In this document: one piece after another, positions 1-14,368 of the stretch
Layout: each line of letters begins with the position of its first letter
How positions within the stretch are numbered: the first letter of the stretch is position 1
Assembly: GCF_009914755.1 (NCBI RefSeq)
Contig: NC_060941.1
Direction: 5' to 3' (one strand)
DNA: 64,000 nt
Source: the human T2T-CHM13v2.0 reference genome, Homo sapiens
Made by a program: the position numbers and the translations under genes
The notes under the pieces: model-generated
Databases searched by the model: none
The model's input: the letters and a program-made list of their open reading frames with translations, nothing else
Told to the model about the DNA's origin: nothing

Positions 1-19
1 TCCTCCCTCCACACATTAC

Positions 20-100
20 CTTTCTGCTGTTTTTGTAGGTGTCCCATTCTCCCAGCATTTTCACCCACTTGCTCTTTCGGCTGATCTCCCGCCGAATTTG
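20..100 (-). pseudogene. TBC1D3P1: TBC1D3 coding exon [27 protein letters not shown]
   Basis: tttgacag|CAAATTCGG...AGAAAG|gtaatg; 81 nt. Confidence 0.9.
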
Positions 101-582
101 CTGTCAAATGAGGCATGTTGGAGTTAGCGGAGCTGCCAGGCTTCCCAGAGCCGCCCGCGGATGCTGGGTCTTGGGCTCTGGAGCCCTGGTGGGAGCCAGC
201 TGGAAGGAGCCAGGGAAGGGCAGACCTCAAGGGCTGAGAGCCTTTGAGCAAATGAGCACCAGTGGGCTGGCTTTGGGACCCCGGGATGTACCATCCTCAG
301 GCCACAGCCACACCAGTCTTAGGTCCCAGCCTCTAGGTGGGATCCTGACACAAGCGCGCAGCCACCCCCAAGCCAGGACTGTGGTTCTCCTTTTGGAATT
401 TTATCAAACTGCCAAAGTTAACAGCAACCTGGGGTCAGGTCCAGCAGGGACTGCTGCCCCTCCCAGTGACAGCGCGTTGCCCTCACCCGCCACCGCTCAG
501 GCCAGCTGCTTCCTCTGCCTCACTGACCACCCGCCCAGTCCCTACGTCCCTGGACCAGCCCCTCCATGCATCAGGCTCTTAC

Positions 583-622
583 CTTCACCTCCCGCGCAGT
601 CAGAGGAGGCAGCTCCGTCTCA
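583..622 (-). pseudogene. TBC1D3P1: TBC1D3 coding exon (H)ETELPPLTAREVK
   Basis: ccttacag|TGAGACG...GTGAAG|gtaaga; 40 nt, restores the frame with the 86-nt exon. Confidence 0.9.
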
Positions 623-1907
623 CTGTAAGGCAACCCAGGCAGAGCTGAGGAACTGCACGGGGCCTGGAGCGGCCCCAGCCTGGGTGCCGGCCCCCAGAAA
701 GGACTGGCTCTGTCCCTTTCCAGCTCAGGGCTCAGCCCAGGAGAAGGCACAGGGAAGGGAGGACAAGGGCCTTCCTGTGGGGCTGACTCCCAGGAGGGGC
801 AGGACCTGGGAGAAGAAGGAGTGTAGGGACAGCCTGGCCGGGGTTACTGGGGCCCCTGGCGTGGGGGGCGGTCAGGCTGCCCAGTGGGGCTGCCCGTCCT
901 GGACTCGAGGTGGTGCTTTCTGCTGGAGCTGAGAAAGGTTAGCCCTGAGATGGGATGGGGGCCGCCCAGGGTGGGTGACCGGGCCCTGACAGGAGTCCCT
1001 CAGGGAGTGACCACATCACCCCGCCAGGGTCAAGGGAGCCTGCCCTGAGACCTGCCCCGTGTACTCTGGGTGCACCAGGGGCCCATCCCACTTGACAGCC
1101 CCAAGGCCCTTGCAGGTTCTGACCTCCCAGCATCCACCTGCCTCTCCCTGCACCCGAGCCACACACCCTGCGTTTCAGAAGTGGCACGGCTCATCAGCTC
1201 CCTCCCGCCCTACCTCCCCTGGGATCCTCTGTCTCTCCATCCTGTGATCCCTGAGGGATGGGCTCCTGGCTGGGCTCCTCTTACCCGGCCCCAGATCCCT
1301 TCCCAGCACCAGACCCAGGTCTTTAGCCGCGAGCCCTGCTGCCTCCCCGGCCTCACCGTGAGATGCCCAGAACGGGGCCCTGCCCATCTTCCCCCCGTTC
1401 TCCTAGGGCTACAGCCCCCATTGTCACCATGCCTTTTCCCCTCACGGGACAGTGAGGGCCATAGCTCTAGGGGCATGGGGGAGAACAGGGGCAGGTGGGC
1501 CCTCAGAGACCTGCTGGACAACAGCCCTGAGGCCGGGCCAGGCGTCCCCTCACCCTGTGGCCATAACCCTTGCATCTCACCGGGGTTGTCTCCAAGTAGA
1601 CAGGGCCAGACCCTCAGGCTGCCCAGCTCCTCTTGTGCTCACTTGCCGACAGAACTGCTGAGCGCCCAGGGGCCTGACCTAGCCCAGTCTCCATTCCCAC
1701 CAGCTCCCTAGATGGGCCCCACACCTCTGGCCTAACAACAACCTCGGGCTGGACCTGCAGGGGAGTCAGGGAGGAGTTCTGTCCCTGGAAAGGAGGTTGA
1801 CCCGACCTGGTGAGACATGTCCTGCATCAGAAAGGCCTTTCTAAAAGCAAACCCATCCCTGAGCTGAGACAGGTGCTTTAGGGGTGAGGGGAGTGCAGAG
1901 GACTCAC

Positions 1908-1993
1908 TGTACAATCCCCAAATGATCGACGTTGTTGTTGTAGCTTCCAAAAGACTTAGGCCCCTTGTCCTCTGGCAGCCCAGCTCGGTGTCC
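1908..1993 (-). pseudogene. TBC1D3P1: TBC1D3 coding exon [28 protein letters not shown](H)
   Basis: ctacag|GGACAC...GTACA|gtgagt; 86 nt. Confidence 0.9.
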
Positions 1994-2155
1994 CTGTAGC
2001 CCAGAGGGAGCCTTGGTGAGGGGTCCAAGGTAAAGGGTGCAAGGGCCTGGGGGCATTGGCCACCCGTCCCTGCCCTGTGCTCCTAGGGAGCCCAGGACCC
2101 TTTGACCAGGGCACACTGGAAGAGGCCTCCCTCCAAGAAGCAGACCGACTTGTAC

Positions 2156-2228
2156 CTTTTCGTATTTCATAATGATGTCCTCTCGCTCTTGTGCCCACCA
2201 ACTACCCGCGACCTCTACCACGTCCATC
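2156..2228 (-). pseudogene. TBC1D3P1: TBC1D3 first coding exon (ATG at 2227-2225), [24 protein letters not shown]
   Basis: cacag|G ATG GAC GTG ... GAA AAG|gtacaa; 72 coding nt. Confidence 0.9.
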
Positions 2229-3222
2229 CTGTGAGACAAAATTGTCTAAAGGTTACACTGTACGCGGCGGCTTCGGAGAACACCTGAACCGCTCTCGCCG
2301 GGCTCCCAGATGCTGGCTGGCTGCGTAACCCCCATTCCACCGCCGCCCCCAGGGAAAAAGGGGCCAGACCCAGTGGCCCACAGCTGCTCGAGTCTCTGGA
2401 GTCTCAAGTCCCAAGCAGGGGTGGGCATCTTCCCAAGGACTTGAGTACAGTGGGACCTAGACAGAGAATCCTGTTGTCCCCCAGTGCCATGAAATGGGGA
2501 CACACCGGCCCCAGCAGGTTGAATGGTTTCCACCTGCCAAGGGTGAAGGGCCCATGATGGGCTATTCCAGGGATGTGGAGGCAGACTGGGGTCAGCGACC
2601 AGAGGTCTCTGTACAATCGGCCTCCTGGGATGCTCAGGGCCTCAGAGATGCCCAGTTTCCTACAGGGAACAAGATCTCTCCTGACTGCTCGGTTCTACTC
2701 CGCTCATCACTTTGGCTACCGTGGCTCTTCAGTCTGAACAGTGAAGCCACTTCAGGAATAACGCCTGTTGAGCAGGAGGGTGTTCGGTTTGGGGGATGAG
2801 AAAGATCTATTGTACGCATGGAAACCACGTCTCTTGCGGAGGGACTGTGGAGTCCACCATTCTGAGCCGTCCCAACAGGAGGAGGCTTCATTTTCCTGGG
2901 TCACTGAGGAAGAACAGTGGGTCCTTGGTCCTGGAGAACACCTGGATGGACCGTCCCTCCTGGGAATACTCGAGGCAAAAGGAGGGCGAGGCCTCAAGAG
3001 GACCACACAGAGCAAGAAATGCCTGGGGAGAACCCTAGTGCCCGGACCCCTTTGAACAGAAGGGAAGATAGTCTCCCCTCAGCCAGCCCTCCAGGGCTCC
3101 TTCATTTTCCACAGCTGCCCAAGGGCAGCAGGCTCCCCCGGACAAGGGACCATGTGTGTTCAGTGGGGCCCACAGCGACCATCGGGACCCAGCTTAGGGC
3201 ACAGAGGTGTTCTGAGGACCGT

Positions 3223-3275
3223 CAGTGGATCTATACCAGTGGATCTGTACCAGTGGATCTGTACCAGTGGCTCTG
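3223..3275. repeat. 14-bp tandem repeat (CAGTGGATCTGTAC) x ~3.8
   Basis: Directly visible in TBC1D3 intron 1. Confidence 0.85.
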
Positions 3276-3670
3276 CCAGGACCAGGCTCTGCCCCATCGG
3301 GATCGGAAACCTGGGCAGATTTGGGATCTAGGGCAGGGAGGTCACAGGGTTCAGGCCTGAATTCCAGCACAGCACACGGCAGGGCTGAGAGCAAAACTCA
3401 GGGTCATGTCCGGATTCCCAGGCCGGTTACTGCCTCTCTGACCCCAGACGTCTCATCTGTCGAATGGTTACATTTGGGAACAGCACCCACTCTACGAAGC
3501 CACCATGGAGACGAAAGAGCCAATCGTCTACACGGGCAGTGTAGAACGGGCGCCTGGTGAGTGCTCAGGGATGACCCTCCTCGGTAGCTGCCCCACAGAG
3601 GCCAACACCGCCCGCACCGTAGCCACTGTCTCCAAGTCCGCCTGGAGGGAAGAGAGCAGGTCACGCTCAC

Positions 3671-3819
3671 CTGACTCTGATGAATCAGCTGGCCTGGGTC
3701 ATGCCTCTCAGGGAGAAAACCTTTGAGTCCACAGAGCTGCTCACAGATACCACTGCCTGTGTGTAACTGCCGTAGAACACTGAGGCAGGCCAGAGAGCGG
3801 ATAGGTGCTAAGCACCAGT
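3671..3819 (-). other. TBC1D3P1: TBC1D3-type non-coding exon 1 (5' UTR); 5' end approximate
   Basis: Minus strand ACTGGTGCTTAGCACCTATC...GATTCATCAGAGTCAG|gtgagc matches the recalled TBC1D3 mRNA 5' UTR; canonical donor at 3670. Confidence 0.75.
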
Positions 3820-4640
3820 GACATTCTGAGGTCATGGCACGCATCACAATGGGGCCTTGCCCGGGTCAGCAGCGCCCAGAGTCAGGGTCCTCCGCTGCCT
3901 GAGGCGTCAACATGCCTGCCTGCAATGTGTTTGTGCACGTGCGTGCACACGTGTATGTGGCTAAACATGTCTGTGCACATGTGTGTTGCTTCTCTGGCCA
4001 GGCCCGGCTGCCCCACTCATGTGTGCACCCAGTTCCTCATCACTGTCACCCCCGAGGCCCAGGGCCAGCATCAGAGCGCCCAGGGCCAGCATCAGAGCAT
4101 CCATGGCTGCTCCCTAACCTCAGCCCTCCCTGCCCAGGGTGGTCCTGGGATACACATAGGGGTGGAGGGAAGTGACTGCTGCTGCTGCTGGATCTCAGAA
4201 TACAAAAGCTAATACTATTACCTAATGGTCTTTTTAGTGTCTCTAATGGTATCGCTTTTTCATTTCTGATATTTTAACTGGGTATTTCTCTCCATGACCC
4301 TTGGATATTCTAGCTAGAGGATCCTGTGAGGAAAGTGCCGGGCACACAGTAGGGGCTCACTCTTCTAGACATGTTATCTAAAACCTGATTCATCTGTCCT
4401 TCCACGCAGGGCCTAGGGGATGCCAAATTCCAGGGTCCAGAAAGAGCTTGGGATAAAATGAAACTTCAAGGGGACGGCTTTGACCTGGGCTGAGTCTGCC
4501 TGTGCCGAGTCTGCCTGTGCCATCCAACTGGAGTCTCAAGTCCTGAGGCAGGACGTCCAGATGCCCCAGTGCAGGGTCCTCCTGATCAACACCTGTCCCC
4601 CTGTACTCATTAGCAACCTCACCCACCCTACTCTCAAAGC

Positions 4641-4979
4641 ACACTTGGCTCTCATATCCAGGAGCTCTGCATCTGTAGATTCAGCAACAGCAGATGGAAA
4701 ATATTCAGAAAATAAATTGGATGGTTATATTTCTATTGAACATGTGCAGACTTTGTTCTTGTCATTATTCCCTAAAGAATACAGTATCATGACCATTTAT
4801 GTAGCATCTGCATTGTATTACACATCCTGAATAATCTAGAGATGGTCTAATGTCTACAGGAGGATGTGCATAGCTGATATGTAAATACTAGGCCATGTTA
4901 TGTCAGAGACTTGAGGATCCATGGATTTTGTCATCCCCGGGGACCCTAGAACTAATCCATGGATACCAAGGGATGACTG
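4641..4979 (-). mobile_element. MER2 (TcMar-Tigger non-autonomous DNA transposon)
   Basis: Reverse complement follows the recalled MER2 consensus (CAGTCATCCCTTGGTATCCATGG...TCTCTAGATTA...TTTAGGGAATAATGACAAG); TA follows the terminus. Confidence 0.75.
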
Positions 4980-5057
4980 TAGAAACTCACTCAGGAAGGC
5001 TTCTCATTGGAGGAAGGGCCCAGTTCAGGACACACAGGGACATCTCCCTGGACTACT

Positions 5058-5325
5058 GTCCATTCATCCATCCATTCATCCATTGTCTCCCCCCACCCCC
5101 CCATCTCGGACTGTCCCAATGACAGCCCTAGCAAGAAGAGACAAGCAACAAGATAAGTTCACGTTGTCCAGTTTTGAGGTATTGGAAGAAGTTGCACCGG
5201 TATGAGAATAGTGGGTCAGTTTTCTACAGGATCCAGAAAGCATATCGGGCAGCCTCGGGGTGCGGAAAGGAGCCTGGCCTCTCCAGCAGCCACACAGGCC
5301 TGCAGTAGGATGGGGCTGGGGCTGG
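5058..5325. repeat. ~268-bp direct repeat, copy 1
   Basis: Aligns by eye along its whole length to 6322-6588. Confidence 0.9.
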
Positions 5326-5433
5326 CCATGTGGATCACTTGGGCCTCATGAGGGGAAAGGAAATACCAGGGGGCAGAAGAGGAGCATGGGGGCAGCTGGT
5401 TGCCTAAGGGGAAGGCACCTCAGGGAAGGGGAC

Positions 5434-5775
5434 TGTATTCATTTGTTTTCACACTGATGTAAAGAAATACCTGAGATTGGGTAATTTATAAAGGAAACAG
5501 GCTTAATTGACTTGCAGTTCCGGAAACTTACAATCATGGCAGAAGGGGAAGGGGAAGCAGGCACCTTCTTCACAAGACGGCAGGAGGGAGTGAGTGGAGA
5601 ACCAGTAAGTGCCACACTTTGAAACTATCAGCTCTCCTGAGAACTACCTCACTATCCGGGGAGCAGCATGGGGGAAACTGTCCCCAAATCCAATCTCCTC
5701 CCACCAGATTCCTCCCTTGACACAGGAGGATTACAATCCCAGATGAGTTTTGGGTGGGGACACAGAGCCAAACAT
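5434..5775 (-). mobile_element. THE1/MST-type MaLR solo LTR
   Basis: TGTATT...GGGTAATTTATAAAG...TTACAATCATGGCAGAAGG...GGGTGGGGACACAGAGCCAAAC is the antisense MaLR LTR pattern. Confidence 0.8.
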
Positions 5776-6321
5776 GTGAGGGTCTCAGTCTATGTTGCAG
5801 CTCCCCTGGGGCTGAGGCTGAGTACAGACCTGCCGGCCTTGCCCTATAGCACGCGAGGGCTCTGCCAGTGTGCTCCCATCTCCTGCTTCCTGGGGATGGT
5901 GGTGACTTCCTCCAGAGAAGGGTGTATTTGTTCTCCTCCTGCCCCTGCAGGGCATTGTGGAGCCCTGGCCAAGTTCTCCCAGGATAAGGGCAGGAAACAG
6001 GGCTCCTTGCCCTTCTTGTTGCTTGAGTGACAACCCTGGGGTCATCCCTAGGCCCCGTCACTGCCCCTGCTTCTAAACTGAGAACATTTTGGCAAATCTT
6101 CCTGGTAGAGGCTGGGGGCTCATCCCTGCTATCTGTTCTAGCTTGGTAGAGCCAGGTTAAGACATCTGGGCAAGAAGAGAGTAGAGTGTACCCCAGGAAG
6201 CGTGGGTGGAGGGCACTGGCCTTTGGGCTTCTCTGGACCAGGGTGGGAAGGGGGAAGTTTACCAGGAAATAGAGCTCTCAGGACTATGTTTAGGAGGAGG
6301 TGGTAATGCTGGTGGGGGGAC

Positions 6322-6588
6322 GTCCATTCATCCATCCATTCATCCATTGTCTCCCCCGACCCCCCATCTCGGACTGTCCCAATGACAGCCCTAGCAAGGA
6401 GAAACAAGAAGGAAGACAAGTTCATGTGGTCCAGTTTTGAGGTCTTGGAAGAAGTTGCACCAGTATGAGAATAGTGGGTCAGTTTTCTCCAGGATCCAGA
6501 AAGCATATCAGGCAGCCTCAGGGTGAGGAAGGGAGCCCAGCCTCTCCAGCAGCCACACAGGCCTGCAATAGGATGGGGCTGGGGCTGG
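6322..6588. repeat. ~267-bp direct repeat, copy 2
   Basis: Aligns to 5058-5325. Confidence 0.9.
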
Positions 6589-7184
6589 TTTGGGGTGGAG
6601 GATAAGTGACAGCCAAGGTTTGTCAGCATGCAGAGGGGTGGCTGACTCATGGACTAGGGGCTGCGGAGCCCAGTGGTTGCCCTTAGTTCTTGGATCCTAG
6701 GAGACTTCTGGAGCCTGGATCTGGACAGCCTAGGGGTGGAGGTGGTGAGGGGCAGGGCTGGGGGCGGGAGGAGAGGCCTCGCATGGCAGGGTGCGGGGCA
6801 GGAAGCCAGCCAGGGACTGCTTTGCAGTGTCTGCTCCCATCGCCCTTCCCACCCCCAAACCCACCCCTACCCCTACCCTGGTGCAGGGTCGGTCCGGGGC
6901 AGGTGTCTTCTGCTTTGGCCTCAGCAGATCCCAAGATGGAAGCCGGCAGCCACGCGGGCATGTCACTTGCGCCAGCTTTGTCCTGCAGTTTCTGCTTCCT
7001 GGAGCGTGGGACGCCCACCCAGGAGAGCACGGGCAGACCCCACACCTCTCATTTTGAGGGTGCTGGGAGGTGGGGGACCAAGGTCCTGCAGCCCTGTGCT
7101 TGTGCCGTGAAAATTAGCCTAGGAGTCCCATGTCCACCTGTCTACGTGGAGCCCCAGGAGCGTGAACAGTGGCATGCAGCGAGA

Positions 7185-7345
7185 TGAGGAGGGAGAGAGA
7201 ACTGGAAAAGAAGGAGAGAGAAAGAGAGATGAGGAGAAGGGAAAGTGAGAGAGGAAGAGAGATTTGGAGAGAGACAGAGGAGGCTGAGAGGATAAGGAGG
7301 GTGAGATGGGGAGAGAGATACAAAACACAAAGAGACAGAGAGAGA
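7185..7345. repeat. GA-rich low-complexity tract
   Basis: Polypurine GAGA/GGAG run. Confidence 0.8.
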
Positions 7346-7823
7346 CGTGCAGGAGTAGGAGGTCGAGTTACTCTTGATCCCAGTTCCCAGTGAAAACTGT
7401 AGGTCGCCATCACCTAACCACACATGCAATAAAGTCTGCCTGCTGCTTAGAGCCCTGAGAACCCCTTCTCATGGAGCATAAAACCTTTGACTACTGCCCT
7501 TCCTCACCGCATTTTTGTTGTCTCTTCTGGTGAACCATGATGTCTTGTCTATTGCCTTCCTGGGCTCAAGGATCCATCAAAAACTGATGCTTCTTTGGGG
7601 AGAGTCTGCAGTGCCTTCCACTCACTAGGCTCCCCAGGAAGCTTGCACACTTGGCTTGGGCCCCAAGCAGCTGGGTACATGATGGGACTCTGCTTCTCTC
7701 TTTCAGTAAGAAGGAGAACTAAGAAAGAGACTGAAGCATGGTCTGTGGAGAAGGCACTTGTGCAAACACCAGGAGAATGAGGGGCCTGAGTTGTCTTCGT
7801 TTCTCCTAAAAGCATGCATTCCC

Positions 7824-8257
<434 letters not shown>

Positions 8258-8448
8258 TTACAGTGGACAGGATGTGGGAGGGCAGCTGCAGCTCCAAGCT
8301 GCAAGTCTTTCTGATAGAATGCTTAAAACTCCTTGGACCACAGCAAGAGAGTGTTTTCATTTGCACCCATTTTTATTAGCGTTTGAACCTGTACTTTTTG
8401 TAGCATGTAAACCTTAAGCTGCTTAACTATTCCTTGAAGCATTTACAC

Positions 8449-8941
8449 CAGCGGTTCCCAACCTTTTTGCTACCTGAGACCAGTTTTCTTGAAGACAATT
8501 CTTCCACGGACCCGGGAGAAGGGGAAGGGATGATGTGGAGATGATTCAAGCCCATTACATTTATTGTGTGCTTCATTTCTATTATTTCACTGTAATATAT
8601 AATGAAATAATTACACAACTCACCATAATGTGGAATCAGTGGGAGCCCTGAGCTAGTTTTCCTGCAACTGCATGGTTCCATCTGGGGGTGATGGGAGACA
8701 GTCACAGATCATCAGGCATTAGGTTCTCATAAGGAGCACGCAATCTAGATCCCTGGCATGCGCAGTTCACAGTAGGGTTCACGCTCCTATGAGATAATGG
8801 CACCGCTCATCTGAGAGGAGGCACAGCTCACGTGGTAATGCAAGGGATGGGAAGTGGCTGTTTCTACAGATGAAGCTTTGCTCACTGGCTGGCTGCTCAC
8901 CTCCTGCTGTGTAGCCTGGTTCCTAACAGCTGGGGATCCCT
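8449..8941. mobile_element. MER1A (hAT-Charlie non-autonomous DNA transposon)
   Basis: CAGCGGTTCCCAACCTTTTTG...GATGATTCAAG...CTCATAAGGAGCACGCAATCTAGATCCC...GGTTCCTAACAG...GGGGATCCCT matches the recalled MER1 consensus. Confidence 0.8.
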
Positions 8942-9125
8942 CATTTACCCAGCAAGATAAATACATTATTATGTCAATTGAAATTCTTCACCTTGAACCA
9001 CCCCAAATTACCTTGCATACCTACACCCACCCAAGGGTCCCGGAGCACACTTTGGGGGCTGCAGACAGTAAGCCTGGAGCTCCATGGAGCATTCCATCTC
9101 TCCACCATCTGTGGGCTAACAGGCT

Positions 9126-9325
9126 GTGTTAGTTTCCTAGGGCTGTTTTACAGTACCACAGACTGGGCACCTTCAACAACAGAACGTTACTGTCTCACAG
9201 TACTGGAGGCCATGAGTCCAAGATCAAGGTGTCAGCAAGGTGGGTCCCTTCTGAGGCTGTGCAGGAAGGCTCTGTTCCAGGCCTGTCTTCTCATGCGCGG
9301 GTGGACGTCTTCTCCCTGTGACTCT
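9126..9325 (-). mobile_element. MLT1-type MaLR LTR fragment
   Basis: TGTGTTAGTTTCCTAGGGCTG...TCTCACAGTACTGGAGGC...TCCAAGATCAAGGTGTCAGCA motif. Confidence 0.7.
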
Positions 9326-10179
9326 CCATTAAGGGTGATTCTGGTGAGGGCTCAGAAGAGGAGACTTGGACAGAATGTTGGTAGGTAAATGTGTCAGTGG
9401 AAACCAGAGGGTAGACAGGACTCCATCCATGCCCAGGGCTTTCTGGGGACAGACCTGTCCAAGCAGCAGCGATTCCCAACCGAGTTCTGTTTCTGGAAAG
9501 CCAGGCAACAGCTGGGGCTGGGCCCTCTGGGATTTGTTTAGTGACCCGATGATGTGGGAGGCCTGCAGTGGGTGGTTGGGTGGGGGGTGGTACTGCCCAA
9601 CCTCATTGCATCACTCACTTCCCAGGCCCTGCCCTCAACCCCTCCTGACCAGGCCCTGTCCTGGTTCTCAGCCACCCTGTCCCAGTGGGTGCTTCAGCCC
9701 ACTCACTGACCAAGTGAGGGACTGACTCCAGGTTACAGAGTGCTGTGTTTATGTGACCTGAGAATATGTGTGCGCAGAGTGTGCCCGCAGTGTCCTTGTA
9801 CAGTTGAGCATATACATGTCCTGCCCGTGTGTAGGCAGCCTGTCCACACATGCCTAGGAGTGTGACTCCACGTCCTGGTAGATGGGGAAGGAGAGAGGGA
9901 GTTGTGCCCAGGGTCCCCTGATTACTTCTATGGGTGCATGTTTGTGCATCTTGTTAGGGGTCCTTGGGGGTATGGAAGATTCTCCCCTGGGTGCCCTTGA
10001 TCACCTGTGTGTGCGTGTGTCTGTGTGTGTGTGCATTAGGGGGTGTACTGTGTTACAGCATCCTCAACCAACTCTGTATGTGTGCATATGTTTGTGTGTG
10101 TGTGTGTCTTACAGGTATGAGCGAGTGGATGCTTCCACTACGTGTCTGCACACGTGTGCGTGCACTTGCATTGTCCTTG

Positions 10180-11760
<1,581 letters not shown>

Positions 11761-12499
11761 TCGGTTTGTGTGGGGTGGGGGTGGGATGGGAGACCCCTCC
11801 CCAACCCCACCAGCCCCAGCCCAGCTGTGGCCTCAGCCATGTCACTCAGAAAACCAGCGTCAAACCCCACCCTGCCCAGGATGTGGACCTTGCCTGGTGA
11901 GAGTCCCGCTCGGATTTCCCCAGGGCCCCTCCACCGCGCAGCAGGGGTGTCTGCGCTGGGCCCAGGCATTCACCAGGGCCTGCAGGCTGCCAGCCTGGAG
12001 TTTCCCTAGGATCAAATGTGCCACCGGAAGCTGAAGGTGGGGACGACCAGTGGCCCCCCCCGGAGCGAAAACCCCCGCATCTCTCCAGGATGGGGGATCT
12101 GCTTGGGGGTCCACTTAGGGGTGTATCCCTCAGGCATTGGAAGTGCGGATGGGAGGCCCCGAGCCATGGTGGCTCCCCCAGTCCCCAGTTCTTTCTCTGT
12201 GTGAATCCAGCTTTGCAGGGACGGGGATGTGGTGCATTTCCCGGAAGAGCCGGGGTCCTGGGGTGTGGGGAGCTGGGGCTGGGGTGTGGGGAGGGGCCCA
12301 GGGTGGGCAAGCAGAAGCAGGACTGGCACAGGCCTCTGGAGGGCCTGGGGGAGGCTGGACGCCCCGGGGTGCACCCTTGCCTGTCCGCTCTTCTAAGGGT
12401 CCGTCTCGGTTTGCCCATCTGTAAATAGGGTTGATTGTCCCTGCTCTACGTGGCTGTTGTGAGCATTCAATGAGCACTGCCAGTCCTCGGAGACTCTTG

Positions 12500-12912
12500 G
12501 GTTTTTTTATTGTGCTAAAATATACAAGTATAAATTTCCCATTGCAACCATTTCTTTTTGCTCCTTCACTCCCCACCCACCCACCCACCCACCCATTTTT
12601 AGGGTACAGTTCAGTCATGCTCAGTACCTTCTACCTTCACACTGTGTGCAACCCATCTCCAGAAGCCTCTTCATCCTGCAAAATTGAAACTGGACCCATT
12701 AAACAGCAGCTCCCCATTCGTCCTCCCCCGGCCCCTGGCAACCGCCTTTCTGCTTCCTTCTCCATGGATGTGACTGTTCTAGGAACCTCATATAAGTGCA
12801 ATCACCCAGTATCTGTGCTTTTGTGTCTACCTCCCTTCAGTCGGCAGAATGTCTTCAGGCTTCATCCATACTGCAGCCCGTGTCAAAACTTCCTTTTTCA
12901 GGCTGAATGATA
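12500..12912 (-). mobile_element. L1MB-type LINE-1 3' end fragment
   Basis: AACTGGACCCATTAAAC...CCCCTGGCAACC...TCTAGGAACCTCATATAAGTG...GGCTGAATGATA, a typical antisense L1M 3' UTR. Confidence 0.75.
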
Positions 12913-13804
12913 CTTGAGAATCAGAATCTCCTCTCCTGAACACTTCACCAGCAACAGCATCTGAGAGGCCCAGGGAGGGGCAGGGCTGGGGTTTGGGGGA
13001 GAGGCTCTCCTCTCAAAGCCAGATGCCCCCCCATCTATCCCCTCAGTGCCAGCACCAGCCAGGGCCTCCTCTCATGGCTTACTCCTCCTGTCCCTCCCGT
13101 GGGAGCCGCCCCTAAACCATGGGGTCAGTTTCTGTCTCTTGCCAACTCACTAGCTGGGGAGGGTCTATCCAAGAGCCCCCCTAACAGCTCCCTGACCTGG
13201 AATCAGCCTCCTGCCCTCCCCCTTCTGTGGACAGAGGTCAGACTCCATGGGAGGGCAGCCCCACAGAGGGCTGGGTGGAGGCACTGGTGGGAACCCGGGG
13301 TCAGGGCCAGGGAAGCCACCTGTTTGGGCACAGAAGCTGTTGGCAGCACGGTGACACGGCCTCAGGCAGTGCCCACTGGTCTTTTTGCTTCTGGCCAAAT
13401 GTGTGGCTGTTCAGGGTGCTCAGGGGCCTGCCGGGTGAAGGAGAGGAGAGGCGGCAGCAGAGGGCCCATCACAGTCCAGGGGTCAGAAGGACAGAGCAGG
13501 CATCACTCCGTCCCAGTGTGGCAGCGCCCCCAGCCTAGCCCCCACGGGTGTCTTGGGGTACAGAGGTGGGACAACCAGAGCCACTGGACAGACATGCCAA
13601 AACTTCTGGTGGCCCAAAGATATGCAAGTGAAATGTGTCAAGAGACAGGACCCAGTGAAAACATTTTGAGCTACAACAAACAAATGTATACGAATTGTAA
13701 GAATAAGACACAGTGGTCAGGGACCCCCTGCACAGGGTGGGCCACCAGATTCCCAGAACTCTGCACTCCAGGCACGTGGTGGGAAAGGCAAGAGGCCAGG
13801 GTGA

Positions 13805-14368
<564 letters not shown>

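Larger units (their letters stand above)
20..3819 (-). pseudogene. TBC1D3P1: 5' portion of a TBC1D3-family copy (TBC1D3P1, 5' half of the TBC1D3P1-DHX40P1 readthrough locus); continues off the left edge
   Basis: Spliced exons give [93 protein letters not shown], the TBC1D3 N-terminus. The paralog name is inferred from adjacency to HEATR6. No disabling lesion is visible inside the window. Confidence 0.85.

Noticed and set aside
39-1711. 297-aa and 213-aa plus-strand ORFs
   Set aside because: Antisense to GC-rich TBC1D3 introns/exons, non-ATG starts, no recognisable protein features.
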